From: a virus
Virus record (IMG/VR): IMGVR_UViG_3300002307_000021
Span: 32,001-96,000 of that record
Direction: 5' to 3' (one strand)
Length of the DNA stretch: 64,000 bases
Positions 37,123 through 47,160 of this stretch are shown here, piece by piece (the stretch's first letter is position 1; the number at the start of each line of letters is the position of its first letter). Position numbers and translations under genes: made by a program. The notes beneath the pieces are model-generated. The model saw only the letters and a program-made list of their open reading frames with translations. It had not been told where the DNA came from and did not search any database.

Positions 37123-40100
37123 TATGTAAATACTCCAGTTTTAGCGAATTTAATGTATTTATCCCCTTGCTCAGGAACACTATACGAATCGCGATAGTTA
37201 AAGAATCTAGTACTATTATTATCAAATGTGGTGAATACTGTGGCTACTATATACGGTGTGCTGATATATCCAGCGCCACCACTGGTTAATCTAATACCAA
37301 CAATACTACCATTTTGTACTATTGCTGTAGCAACTGCTCCTGCACCCTGACCTCCAGTAAACACGAGATTTGGTGCTGATTTGTACCCACTACCACCGCT
37401 GTTAATAATAACAGATGTAACCTGTCCTGTGCGATCAATAACCGCAGTTAAGCTAGCTGATACATTCACTGTTTGTGCATTTTTAAGCAAACTGTAGTGT
37501 GGAATAGTATTTAATCCAGAAGCAGTTGACCTATCATAATAGATGCGTTGACCACTATGGGTGATACCATTTCTTACATATACTGTATTGTCAAAGTTGA
37601 TTTCTTGTTTAAACGTCAATGTTACTATATTTTCACTAGATACGTTAACTGTCCATACTCCAATACGACGATTTGCTACCGGATAATGATATATTGGATT
37701 TGCAGCTGTTCCAACGTTAATTCTTGCCGCCAACCATTCTTGGTACCCTAGAACATAACCTGAGGCATCCCATCCTAGATCGTCTGTACCAATTAATGGG
37801 GTGTCGTTGTCCCAATCCCAATTTTCCATATCCCAAATTGCTGTAGCAATATTCCAACCATCATTATATCCACTAGTAGCTGCACCAGGATTAATAAATT
37901 CTTGATTAAAGAATACCAAGGTTTGGCCGTCACTAAAGCTCTTGATACCATCAAGTCCGCCTTGTTTGTAGATTTCTGCAACTGATCGTTGGTTAATCTG
38001 TTCAAATGGTACATTAACTGCATAGTCTACACTGGCTACTAATGTTTGTAAGGCTGGAAGGGCTGGTAGTCTATCAAATGTAGTTTCGTTACTGGCAATA
38101 AATGCACCAGCATTACTGCTATAATCTACAGTGGTGTCCGATGGTATTGATAATGTTGGTAGATACCCTAACTCAGCACCATAGAAGTTTGGTGTAAACT
38201 GTGTATAGTCCCAGGTACCAATAATTGACTGGTCAGCGTCAAGAATAACATTTTTAGCAATTTTAAAGTTATCAGTATAGTTATTATCTAACTCGTAACG
38301 ATCAACAGTAAAGTCTAATTGGTTAAGGTCAAACCCGGCTTGTGCGAATCGATAGGCAATAGTAGCACCAGCACCTGGCTGTGCATACGCTAACACTACA
38401 GCACGGGTAAATCCCAATACACGCCCGTCTAGTTGTTTACTGGTCATCCAGTCAGGTAGTGCGCCTTTGTTAGCATAGCCAATATTATTAACTATTGCAG
38501 TATCCATGTTAGTAAATGCATTAGGATATGCTGTAACGTATGCATTACCTTGTAGGTCAAAATAAGGATTGGTTATAGCGGGATATTGAATATCAGCGGG
38601 CCCTTGCCCTAGAGCATTCATTTCGCTGTCAAATACTTCTACATATACTACTTCGTATTTTACATGTTCGTTAGTTAGTTGTGCATTTGGAGGTATAGTA
38701 CTCGATGGTACATACCCCATGCTAAAATCAGTAGGTACAAATCCTATTAGGTCTTTAAATGTACCTATAACCTCTCCAGTGGCGATGTCTGCTACATCAT
38801 AAGTGGTACTATCGCTGGCAATTGCAGTTTTAATCCGACCTAATGTAATACGTTTAGCATAGTGATTAGTGCTGGTCGCATTAGCATATTTGCTTAGTAT
38901 GTTTGGATTTAATCCTGCTAAAAATAATGCTTTTAAATCTTTAGCAATACCAAAATAAGGATCTTCATTTCTGTAGATTAAACTGCTCGGAAACACTGCC
39001 GAATCTCTGACAATATCTTGGAACTGTGTTCGTTGATATTGATTTAGATATGCTTTAAGATATAGATCTTCGTAAGGATACGGATTGCGTTGAACTACTT
39101 GGATAGTAAATAAACGTGTTGCGGCAATACTTTGATCAGAATCTGATGCAGTAACACTAAAGGTATATGTGTTATCAAATGTAGTAGCTTTTCCATTTCT
39201 AGAAGTTACATCTAGCGTAGTACTACCGTGATCTAAACCAAATACTTCAAAACTTACTCGACCACTTAATAAACCATTGGATGTTAATTCCATCCCTTGC
39301 GGTAGTCTGTAGTACGATCCCGGACTGTAACTGTATGGATACATATACGACGGTACCTGGATAGTGTATTTGGTACCGTTTACATTATATGCATTTAACG
39401 AATATCCAGACATACTTCGAGGAATGTTGTAATTTGGGCTAGGTGTTAATGAATAATAAAGTGTTTTACCTTTAGAAGACAATGCTTTAACTGATAGGTC
39501 ACTGATTCTACCATTTTCAATGGTGCCTAGATTAATTGGAGTTAACCAGTTAATAGTATTATTAAGATCGCCTAATATTTTTAAATCAAAGTAACGAGAC
39601 GATATATATTCTGGATAAGCGGCTTTTTTAACTAGGACTTGGAAGTTGTAATCAACTTCATTGATAGATTGTATTGGTAGTCTACCAGTCATCCAACCTG
39701 AGTTTGCATCTATCTTTAATGTACCAGGTAAACTAATAACCCCTTGGTCATACTTGCCTTCATCGTACCCAACAACACCTTGGGTTTCTGCGCTAGATAA
39801 GTCAACCCCAACACTGGTTAATTCAGTTGGTATAGCACCGGTGCTAATACCATTAATATAAGTTACAGCTGCTGCAGTTTCTGCATTAAAAACAAATACA
39901 CTTGAATTAGTATAAGTTGCTTCAACTTCTACATGTGAATTTATGTCAACAGGGTAACTGTATGTTATGTTGCCATTGATCGTAATATTACCTGCTGAAG
40001 CTCCTGTAGCGAATGTTCCGCTGGTGAGTACAACTGGTATTACAGTAGCACCTGGAGTTAGCGCAGTTACGTTAGCAGTAGCACCCGTGCTAGCTTGATA

Positions 40101-42212
40101 TATAACGTCACCTTCGTAGGCTACAATAGATACTGGAGTAGCATTACCAACTAACACACTGATAGGAAACGAACCTAATGCGCCAATTGTGTTTCCGTTT
40201 AATAATAAATTTCCAGGGTTTATGATAGTATTAGCCGCAAACTGATTCTTAGTAAATACCACAGGAACAACCACAGATGAAACAACGGTAGCAGTTACAG
40301 TAGCATTAGAACTAGTGCTGGCTTGTGTGAGTACATCTCCAACATTTGCAGTAAGTAGATTACCCTCAAGTGTAACAATACCTGCAATTAGATTTCCACC
40401 AATAGTAAATTCGGCAGTAGTTGCACTGATGTTAGATATCAGAGCGTTTGCTCCTGTTTGTGCTTGGGTAATATATCCGCCAATATTTCCAGAAATTATA
40501 GTATTACCGGTCAATTGGATAGTAACGTTTGAGTTTGTGGTTCCTTCATACCAAGTAAAGTATGTTTGTTCAGTACTAGGATTAGTATACGGATTAAGAA
40601 CTTGAACCACTGAGTTAGGTAATAGTCCAGCAGCACTATAGTCAAAACTTACTGATGGTGCTCCAGTGACTAATGATATTGGATAAAGTGCTGTATCTAC
40701 ACCACCTATATACAGGTTTCCTGACCCTGATTTAAAACTACCACCGGTTATGCTAACCACAGTAATACTAGACGTTGCTACAGCATTTGATACGACTCTA
40801 GCATTGGCTCCGCTAAGAGGTTGGGTAATATATTCACCAACATTGGCACTGATAACTGACCCTGATTTTATGTTGATAATTGTTGAGGTATATGTAACAA
40901 TAGTTTTAGGAAATACACCTGAATACAGTTTCCCGTTGATTAAAGGAGATGCAATATATGGTACGCTAGCACCAGTAAACTCTTGCTCGTCATATAAACC
41001 CGCATCAGCATTGGGTACACTATAAATTAAAGTATCACCATCGATATCTATAGCATTAAAGTGGAATGAAAACCAACTGTTCTGACGTTCGGCTGGTATA
41101 TCACCTGCTTGACTTAATATAATTGGATAATGTTTAGGTCCATGATCAACAGTCAATGGTATATCTTCTACAATAGTAGCATCAACTGTTAAAAGTGTAC
41201 TGTCTGCTTCAAATGCCTTTCTAGGTATTACAAAGATTTGATATGTACAAAGGTCAAAGGTAACACCATCACTTACTTCAATAGTAAAACTGAATCCTTT
41301 ACTAGTAACACCTGCAGCAAAATCCCAACCTAATGTAGCTGTATCTGGTGTACTGCCTGTTAAGTATTTTTCGTCCCACGGTGTTTTATCCCAACCAGGT
41401 GTACTAGCGGGCCCAACAATAGGAATAGGATAAATGTATCCTGATATTAGTCCTTCGGGACTAAGTGATAATCCTGGTGGAATCACTCCACCTTTTAATG
41501 ACCAAGTTAGATTACCACCTGGTATAAATTCAAGTGCTTCAAGTTGGAGATCAACAAGATCACCATCAAAATATATTCCAAGATTGCGTGTTGATGCTAG
41601 TGCGCTAATCTGACTACCAATAGGGTAGCAGTGAGCATCACCTACGCTAGGGTGGTTAAGAATATTACCACTAATAATATTAAGATTGCCGTAGCCTAAA
41701 ACGAACGGAGTAATTGTGTTATACAATACATTGATGGTAGAGGTATTAACTGCATCAGCAAGTACTATAGCATTAGCACCACTAATACTCTGAGCAATAA
41801 TATCATTAATATTAGCTGAAATAGTACCAGTCAAGGTTAATTTTGTACTGGTCTTATTGGTTTTGGGTGTGATGATTGGTGGAGCAACGTTAGTTATAGT
41901 TAATGTGAATGTACGATCACTTACTGCACCATCATTAGCATTAGTAACTCTAATAGTAAAACTATAAGTTTGATTTAAATCTGAGGTGGTTGAATACGCC
42001 ACACCAAAATCTGAAAAGGTAGTACTAACAGGAATACCTCTTAATGCACCAGTGGATACTAATTGTATCCCTGGGGGCATTTTTCCTGAGATAAACGAGT
42101 AAACTAATGTACCGCCAGCATCATCGTATGCATCAAGAGTAAAGTCATAGTACTCTAATTCGGGTACGATGCCTAGATTGCCTGCAGGTGTAATCCACTT
42201 AGGTAGTGCCAT
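37122..42212 (-). CDS. large baseplate wedge-like protein with Ig/cadherin-like repeats
   Basis: 1696 aa; repeated LPxGLxL..G.(I/L)SG and FT(I/V).V units; SGGSGY repeats. Confidence 0.75.
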   Translation of the reverse strand: MALPKWITPAGNLGIVPELEYYDFTLDAYDDAGGTLVYSFISGKMPPGIQLVSTGALRGIPVSTTFSDFGVAYSTTSDLNQTYSFTIRVTNANDGAVSDRTFTLTITNVAPPIITPKTNKTSTKLTLTGTISANINDIIAQSISGANAIVLADAVNTSTINVLYNTITPFVLGYGNLNIISGNILNHPSVGDAHCYPIGSQISALASTRNLGIYFDGDLVDLQLEALEFIPGGNLTWSLKGGVIPPGLSLSPEGLISGYIYPIPIVGPASTPGWDKTPWDEKYLTGSTPDTATLGWDFAAGVTSKGFSFTIEVSDGVTFDLCTYQIFVIPRKAFEADSTLLTVDATIVEDIPLTVDHGPKHYPIILSQAGDIPAERQNSWFSFHFNAIDIDGDTLIYSVPNADAGLYDEQEFTGASVPYIASPLINGKLYSGVFPKTIVTYTSTIINIKSGSVISANVGEYITQPLSGANARVVSNAVATSSITVVSITGGSFKSGSGNLYIGGVDTALYPISLVTGAPSVSFDYSAAGLLPNSVVQVLNPYTNPSTEQTYFTWYEGTTNSNVTIQLTGNTIISGNIGGYITQAQTGANALISNISATTAEFTIGGNLIAGIVTLEGNLLTANVGDVLTQASTSSNATVTATVVSSVVVPVVFTKNQFAANTIINPGNLLLNGNTIGALGSFPISVLVGNATPVSIVAYEGDVIYQASTGATANVTALTPGATVIPVVLTSGTFATGASAGNITINGNITYSYPVDINSHVEVEATYTNSSVFVFNAETAAAVTYINGISTGAIPTELTSVGVDLSSAETQGVVGYDEGKYDQGVISLPGTLKIDANSGWMTGRLPIQSINEVDYNFQVLVKKAAYPEYISSRYFDLKILGDLNNTINWLTPINLGTIENGRISDLSVKALSSKGKTLYYSLTPSPNYNIPRSMSGYSLNAYNVNGTKYTIQVPSYMYPYSYSPGSYYRLPQGMELTSNGLLSGRVSFEVFGLDHGSTTLDVTSRNGKATTFDNTYTFSVTASDSDQSIAATRLFTIQVVQRNPYPYEDLYLKAYLNQYQRTQFQDIVRDSAVFPSSLIYRNEDPYFGIAKDLKALFLAGLNPNILSKYANATSTNHYAKRITLGRIKTAIASDSTTYDVADIATGEVIGTFKDLIGFVPTDFSMGYVPSSTIPPNAQLTNEHVKYEVVYVEVFDSEMNALGQGPADIQYPAITNPYFDLQGNAYVTAYPNAFTNMDTAIVNNIGYANKGALPDWMTSKQLDGRVLGFTRAVVLAYAQPGAGATIAYRFAQAGFDLNQLDFTVDRYELDNNYTDNFKIAKNVILDADQSIIGTWDYTQFTPNFYGAELGYLPTLSIPSDTTVDYSSNAGAFIASNETTFDRLPALPALQTLVASVDYAVNVPFEQINQRSVAEIYKQGGLDGIKSFSDGQTLVFFNQEFINPGAATSGYNDGWNIATAIWDMENWDWDNDTPLIGTDDLGWDASGYVLGYQEWLAARINVGTAANPIYHYPVANRRIGVWTVNVSSENIVTLTFKQEINFDNTVYVRNGITHSGQRIYYDRSTASGLNTIPHYSLLKNAQTVNVSASLTAVIDRTGQVTSVIINSGGSGYKSAPNLVFTGGQGAGAVATAIVQNGSIVGIRLTSGGAGYISTPYIVATVFTTFDNNSTRFFNYRDSYSVPEQGDKYIKFAKTGVFT

Positions 42213-42223
42213 GTGTTATCCTA

Positions 42224-42538
42224 TTACCAAGATGCCAATGTGGCACGTTTCCATGTATTTGTTGCTACACATACATAGATATTTCCGCTGTCCCACGATA
42301 TCTGCCCAATTGTTCCTGTTGCAGATGCGGTCCTCGGAACATAGGTATTACCAACAACAAAGCTAGCACCTTGAATAGTGCCAGTGGCAACTAAATTAAC
42401 AGTTGGAATACCAACTGTTTCGTAATTGCTAAAGTTGCTGTTTACCTGCGTAAATGCATCGCGAATAGTAGCACCAGTACCATCATTTGGTGCTGATCCT
42501 GTATTAACTGCGATATATGGTTGAGTAGTTATAGTCAT
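42224..42538 (-). CDS. small baseplate/fibre protein (gp9/gp10-like N-terminus)
   Basis: NTGSAPNDGTGATIRDAF; C-terminal YVCVATNTWKR. Confidence 0.7.
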   Translation of the reverse strand: MTITTQPYIAVNTGSAPNDGTGATIRDAFTQVNSNFSNYETVGIPTVNLVATGTIQGASFVVGNTYVPRTASATGTIGQISWDSGNIYVCVATNTWKRATLASW

Positions 42539-42601
42539 GTTTTTGCTCTAGATTATTCCGATATACTACTATTTACCTAGATCAAATAAACGCTGGCCAA
42601 T

Positions 42602-42627
42602 AAAAAACCCGCCTTAGCGGGTTTATT
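42602..42627. terminator. intrinsic terminator
   Basis: AAAAAACCCGC-CTTA-GCGGGTTT. Confidence 0.8.
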
Positions 42628-43467
42628 TTAATAATCTAATCGCCCCGGTGGACTACCAAACCCAGGATTCATAGGATCAATATTACGGTCAATGTCTATT
42701 TGATAGTAGATACGCATGGTACTATCGGCTAGTGCTTTAAACTGAATACCCAAAGACTGCGTAATCCATCTTGCACTGTGGAACTGCCAATCAGTGTAGT
42801 TAGGATCCTTAGGATCATCAATCATTGAATCTGTAGTAGTATTAGCCATAAGCTCATGTACACAGGTAATCTGATCCATAACACGACTAGGCCCAATCCA
42901 GTAGATATCTTCCAGACGACTCATACCATGTCCTGGATAGATATTGTAATGATCACCAAACACAAACATGTTATCATTGGTAATTTGTGCAATATCATCA
43001 GCTAGGCTTTTATGCTCAGCAAACACTGTATCGGGTCTGATACGAATAGTGTAGTCATAATTAATTTGATTTTTACGAGCATAGGTCATCTTTAGCAGAT
43101 TAGCTTCGTATACGCTTTCCCACATACTAATATAACGTTTACCTGCACCTGGGTTGAATCTACGTCCACCCCACGTGCTTAATGTTTTAGTTAGATCGTA
43201 TTGCTCAACGACCATAGCCACAGGATTATATGCACGATAAAAGTCAGCAAACTTATCCTTGTCTTTAACAGGAATAGTAGTATGTACTGATTCTGATAAA
43301 CTATCAGTGCCTAGTCTATTACTGTATCCTGTACCTAGACATTCTACGTCCCAGGTGTGTACAAAGAAGTCACAGTTGGGAAGTAAATCTCCAATATAGC
43401 GTAGAATATTTGGCGCGGTTACAGCACCAGTTCTTATTTGTCCACTAAAGCAAAGTGCGATCTTCAT
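42628..43467 (-). CDS. glycosyltransferase-like protein
   Basis: MKIALCFSGQIR, FVHTW, YDYTIRIRPD. Confidence 0.6.
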   Translation of the reverse strand: MKIALCFSGQIRTGAVTAPNILRYIGDLLPNCDFFVHTWDVECLGTGYSNRLGTDSLSESVHTTIPVKDKDKFADFYRAYNPVAMVVEQYDLTKTLSTWGGRRFNPGAGKRYISMWESVYEANLLKMTYARKNQINYDYTIRIRPDTVFAEHKSLADDIAQITNDNMFVFGDHYNIYPGHGMSRLEDIYWIGPSRVMDQITCVHELMANTTTDSMIDDPKDPNYTDWQFHSARWITQSLGIQFKALADSTMRIYYQIDIDRNIDPMNPGFGSPPGRLDY

Positions 43468-44258
43468 TAGATTGCGTAGCCCCCGTTGTTGTCAATTACA
43501 CCGTGTACTGTGCCTGGTGGTTTAGCATATATTTCAAACGGAATCTTAGGAGCAATTTCACCCGTACGTACAGGATGATCAAAGATATGACATACGTGTA
43601 GGTTTTCAATATTGAACTGTGGTTTAGCTTCAATCTTACGAATTTCATGTTGCTCATTAAACTCTTCAATAGCCAATTCCATACCTGCATACTTGCTCAA
43701 GGTAATCAACCATTTGATATCATCAAAGTAGATAGGCACAGCTGGCACATAAGCAGTTGGTAACATATCAAAGATCTTTAATGTAGCCACAGTTGAACTA
43801 TAAAAGTCTACGTCGTCAATTACCAATGCTAGTTTACTATCGCCTTGCTCAAAGGTTTTATTAAACGCAGGAACAGTTTCGTTGATATCACCGATAATAA
43901 TATCAGCCCATTCTGGTAATTGTGCCTTAAGTCCAGCTAGGTCCGGATGACGGAACATACCCTTACGCCAAATTTCTGGGTGGTCTTTATAACCTGGAAT
44001 TGGATCAGGTAGGCCTGTACCTACGTCAAACCCAACTACGCGAATATCCATGCCTAATGCTTGTCTAAAGTATTCTGCCGCCTTGAGTAGGCCAATAAAT
44101 CCACCACCCTCACCAACACCAAATTCAATGGCTGTGATTTTGTCGTATCCACAATGATATGCTTGTAAGATGCCGTGTGCTAATCCTAGTGCGTAGTGCT
44201 TACGGCCGAGGTCTATGGTACCAGCTCTGATTTGGCCAGCAATTTCTTGAAGTGTCAT
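43467..44258 (-). CDS. TylF-like O-methyltransferase-fold protein
   Basis: EFGVGEG, GFD..TGLP, DVDFYSST, YFDD; late promoter 44290-44297. Confidence 0.7.
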   Translation of the reverse strand: MTLQEIAGQIRAGTIDLGRKHYALGLAHGILQAYHCGYDKITAIEFGVGEGGGFIGLLKAAEYFRQALGMDIRVVGFDVGTGLPDPIPGYKDHPEIWRKGMFRHPDLAGLKAQLPEWADIIIGDINETVPAFNKTFEQGDSKLALVIDDVDFYSSTVATLKIFDMLPTAYVPAVPIYFDDIKWLITLSKYAGMELAIEEFNEQHEIRKIEAKPQFNIENLHVCHIFDHPVRTGEIAPKIPFEIYAKPPGTVHGVIDNNGGYAI

Positions 44259-44323
44259 GATGTTCCTTTAATTGAATGTACTATACTACTATTTATTGCA
44301 TTATATGGGTAGTTAATTATTTC

Positions 44324-44872
44324 TTAGATACGCTGATTAATCACTTCCCAATTAATTATTTTCCATTGATTTTCCAAGTACTTCTTCTTATCGTGTTGAT
44401 AGTCTAAAGCCCAGGCATGCTCCCACCAATCAATTAGCAGAACAATATCCTGTTTGATCTGATGGTTCTTAATGGTCTTGATCTGTCCGTAGTTAGATAG
44501 ATAAATCCAACCACTGCCCTGTATCTTCATTGCTTCTTTAGTAAACTCTTCTTTAAACTTATCAAATGATTTAAAGTGTTGGTCTATTAGGTTTAATGAT
44601 TTGCCTGTGGGCTTGTTGTTGTTACGTGGTGCATGAAACTGTGTAAAGTAAATGTCGTGTAAGAACGCACCTGCTTCGTTGAAGTCTTGATCGCCTTCTC
44701 CTTTGTTGTAACGGTCAACATAGCCTTTGTATAGTTGTCCATAGTGATAGTCTAAACTAACCTTGCTTAGGCTACGTCCTAGTTCACTGCGGCTGTATGG
44801 TAGAGGTGTTTGTGTAAGAGTTTTGGGCTCTTTTGATTCTTTTAGTGTTACGTATTTGATAAAGTTGTACAT
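44324..44872 (-). CDS. Fe/Mn superoxide dismutase (divergent)
   Basis: LPY, YHY..Y, FLH, GSGW, DWWEHA. Confidence 0.9.
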   Translation of the reverse strand: MYNFIKYVTLKESKEPKTLTQTPLPYSRSELGRSLSKVSLDYHYGQLYKGYVDRYNKGEGDQDFNEAGAFLHDIYFTQFHAPRNNNKPTGKSLNLIDQHFKSFDKFKEEFTKEAMKIQGSGWIYLSNYGQIKTIKNHQIKQDIVLLIDWWEHAWALDYQHDKKKYLENQWKIINWEVINQRI

Positions 44873-44883
44873 GGTTGTTTTCT

Positions 44884-45000
44884 TATAAATATCTTAGTCA
44901 AGCTATCAATAGGGTTCCCAAGGATCCGCAAGCTATGAATTTTCCCTATTTCTTCTTTTAGCACAGCCAATGTGGCTCAACGGTAAATTGGGGCTTGACA
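44884..45000 (+). ncRNA. candidate late-expressed structured RNA
   Basis: Perfect TATAAATA on + followed by no ORF; closing stem GTCAAGCT/GGCTTGAC; inner stems AATAGGG/CCCTATT and AGCCA/TGGCT. Confidence 0.5.
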
Positions 45001-45216
45001 CTATCTTCTGTAGGTAATTCTTGCTTTGGTAAGATCATATGGGGTCATTTCAACGTCGACTTTATCTCCCAAGATAATCTTAATAGTGTGCATACGCAGT
45101 TTACCACCAATGTATGCGATTACTGTATGATCATTTTCTAGTTTAACACGGAACATGCTATTACCTAGCACTTCTTCTACTATTCCTGAAAGTTTAATAA
45201 CGTCTTCTTTTGCCAA
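45001..45216 (-). CDS. infA: translation initiation factor IF-1
   Basis: MAKEDVI...FRVKLEN...I.GK.R...[25 protein letters not shown]; TTG start. Confidence 0.96.
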   Translation of the reverse strand: MAKEDVIKLSGIVEEVLGNSMFRVKLENDHTVIAYIGGKLRMHTIKIILGDKVDVEMTPYDLTKARITYRR

Positions 45217-45245
45217 GTGATCCTTTCCTCTAATATACTATTTAC

Positions 45246-45614
45246 TTAATTTTTAAGCTCACCATTTAAAACAGCCCAGGTCATCCACTGTTTAAATGCT
45301 TCGTACACGTGTTTGGCTTCCTTTTCGTCAGCTTCTACCTTTACTCCACGTACATAAAACCCATCTTTGGCCACACGTATCATTTCTTCACCACCGCCAG
45401 TAAGTGTGATGTTATTTGATGCTACTCCTAGGGTATTATATGTGGCCCAATCAATGCCATCTAAACTAATTGATCCCAGATCAAATGGCGGATAATTTGC
45501 ATCTGATGCAAATCCACTAGCAGCATAGTCGTAGTAGTCAGATATGGTAATATTACCAATATAATCATCGCCACCAATAGTGATTATTTCTACGTTGCTA
45601 TCTTCATCACCCAT
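45246..45614 (-). CDS. hypothetical protein
   Basis: 122 aa ORF in operon. Confidence 0.75.
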   Translation of the reverse strand: MGDEDSNVEIITIGGDDYIGNITISDYYDYAASGFASDANYPPFDLGSISLDGIDWATYNTLGVASNNITLTGGGEEMIRVAKDGFYVRGVKVEADEKEAKHVYEAFKQWMTWAVLNGELKN

Positions 45615-45822
45615 TATAATTTTCCCATCGCCACCCTTGCTTTAATTCTTTATCGGTCCAACCATCTTCTTTAAGATTATCATTCCAACTCTTATACCAA
45701 GCATCTGGCAGTAGGAATGTAGTAGGAATATCAGGTTTAGCTACTCTAATACGACGTGGTTTAGATAATCTGTAGGTCTTAACCTTACATTTTTTAAATA
45801 ATCGTTTTAATAGTTTAAGCAT
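45607..45822 (-). CDS. hypothetical basic protein
   Basis: 71 aa, coupled. Confidence 0.65.
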   Translation of the reverse strand: MLKLLKRLFKKCKVKTYRLSKPRRIRVAKPDIPTTFLLPDAWYKSWNDNLKEDGWTDKELKQGWRWENYNG

Positions 45823-46217
45823 TATCCACGCCTCATTTTAGCCGCATCTTCTGCGCTTTGTTTACTAAACACGGGCTGTAGACAGCTCTTGTGCATTACA
45901 GCAATGCCAATACATTCAGTACCTGTATACTGTTGCGATTCTTTCTTACTGGCTATTCCGGCGCCACTGTCCAGGCTAGGTATGTGACTAGTGCGACGAC
46001 TATCAGGTATAAGACTATTGTGAAGATATGATTTAGCAATTGGTTTAGATTTAGCTTTAACTTGTGCATCTGGTTTAATGTCCCATTTCTTTAATAGTTC
46101 CTGCCAGGATTCAGCTTGTGCTCTTTTCTGGCGGGCAACGTCGGCATTACGATGTTGACGCTTGCTTTTTTTCTTACCTGTGGTACTATACATTGGAGGT
46201 AACATGTGCATGCTCAT
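45822..46217 (-). CDS. hypothetical basic protein
   Basis: YTGT.CIGIAVMHKSCLQPVFS...AKMRRG. Confidence 0.8.
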   Translation of the reverse strand: MSMHMLPPMYSTTGKKKSKRQHRNADVARQKRAQAESWQELLKKWDIKPDAQVKAKSKPIAKSYLHNSLIPDSRRTSHIPSLDSGAGIASKKESQQYTGTECIGIAVMHKSCLQPVFSKQSAEDAAKMRRG

Positions 46218-46528
46218 AGTTTAGCGTCCTTTGCGTTGTTGTCTAAAGTTACCACACTCTTGCCTGGAAACTTGGCCTGGGCAATATCCCATAGTTCTTT
46301 TTCAGTGGGAGCCTGGCAGATAAAGGTATGTGTAACAATGTCATACATATGATACATACCATCTACTTGTTCGATGTAAACAAGTTTCATAGTTTTCTTA
46401 ACAGTCTCTATACCTTTTTCTACGCCAAGTTCTTTGCGTAGATTTCTAATCAGTCCTATTAGGAATAAGGTAAAACATATAGTACTGATAGTAACGTAGG
46501 CTGTGATTAATGCTCGTATAATATCCAT
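46214..46528 (-). CDS. membrane-anchored hypothetical protein
   Basis: N-terminal TM helix; FICQA motif. Confidence 0.75.
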   Translation of the reverse strand: MDIIRALITAYVTISTICFTLFLIGLIRNLRKELGVEKGIETVKKTMKLVYIEQVDGMYHMYDIVTHTFICQAPTEKELWDIAQAKFPGKSVVTLDNNAKDAKL

Positions 46529-46555
46529 AAATTGCTTTCTTTTATAGTATATCGT

Positions 46556-46584
46556 ATTATAGCACCATTTTGGTAGTTTGTCAA
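46556..46584 (-). promoter_or_regulatory. consensus sigma70 promoter
   Basis: TTGACA-17 nt-TATAAT. Confidence 0.88.
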
Positions 46585-46775
46585 GTACTAAGTGCCGCCA
46601 TAGTTGTCATATGTGGATCAGTAAATTCAAATTTGTAGTGCGGGGGTACCATATTTAACAGTTCAATTGACCAATCGTCTCTGGCTAGATTGGCCTTGCA
46701 CCAATGCCCAAGATCAATTGCTCGATCAAGATCGTGTATGTCTAACCTATTTTGCATTGTCATCCTCTGTGCCAT
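46581..46775 (-). CDS. small hypothetical protein
   Basis: ~60 aa; exact start uncertain. Confidence 0.6.
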   Translation of the reverse strand: MAQRMTMQNRLDIHDLDRAIDLGHWCKANLARDDWSIELLNMVPPHYKFEFTDPHMTTMAALST

Positions 46776-47160
46776 GTAACAATGCTTCTAAGGTCTTATA
46801 ATGCTCGTATGCTTCGCGTAAGTTATCGTATTTCTCGAGTAGTTCAGGTTTGGGCTGTAGGATATTTAAACGATCAGTAATACCATTTAAGATATCTTTT
46901 AAACTAATACCATTCATTACAATATCAGCATTCTCACCTTCTAAGTGCAGTTGACCTTTAGCAGTCATTTTAGCACTAGTATCGTTTGACCAATTAGCGC
47001 CACTTGTACCAATTGACAGTAACACACTATTACTAGGATATATACTGCCACCGCCTGCACCTGTGACGCTGATAGTATTAGTCCCGACAACATAACCCCC
47101 ACCAATAGTTATATTTCCACTAGAAGTAGTGATCTTACTTGTTGGGTATGCAATTGACAT
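46747..47160 (-). CDS. hypothetical protein
   Basis: S/T/G-rich N-terminus, helical C-terminus. Confidence 0.78.
   Translation of the reverse strand: MSIAYPTSKITTSSGNITIGGGYVVGTNTISVTGAGGGSIYPSNSVLLSIGTSGANWSNDTSAKMTAKGQLHLEGENADIVMNGISLKDILNGITDRLNILQPKPELLEKYDNLREAYEHYKTLEALLHGTEDDNAK

Noticed and set aside
44960-45000. tRNA gene
   Set aside because: Only a D-loop-like word; no T-arm (GTTCRA) or anticodon arm. No tRNA gene was recognised anywhere in the window.
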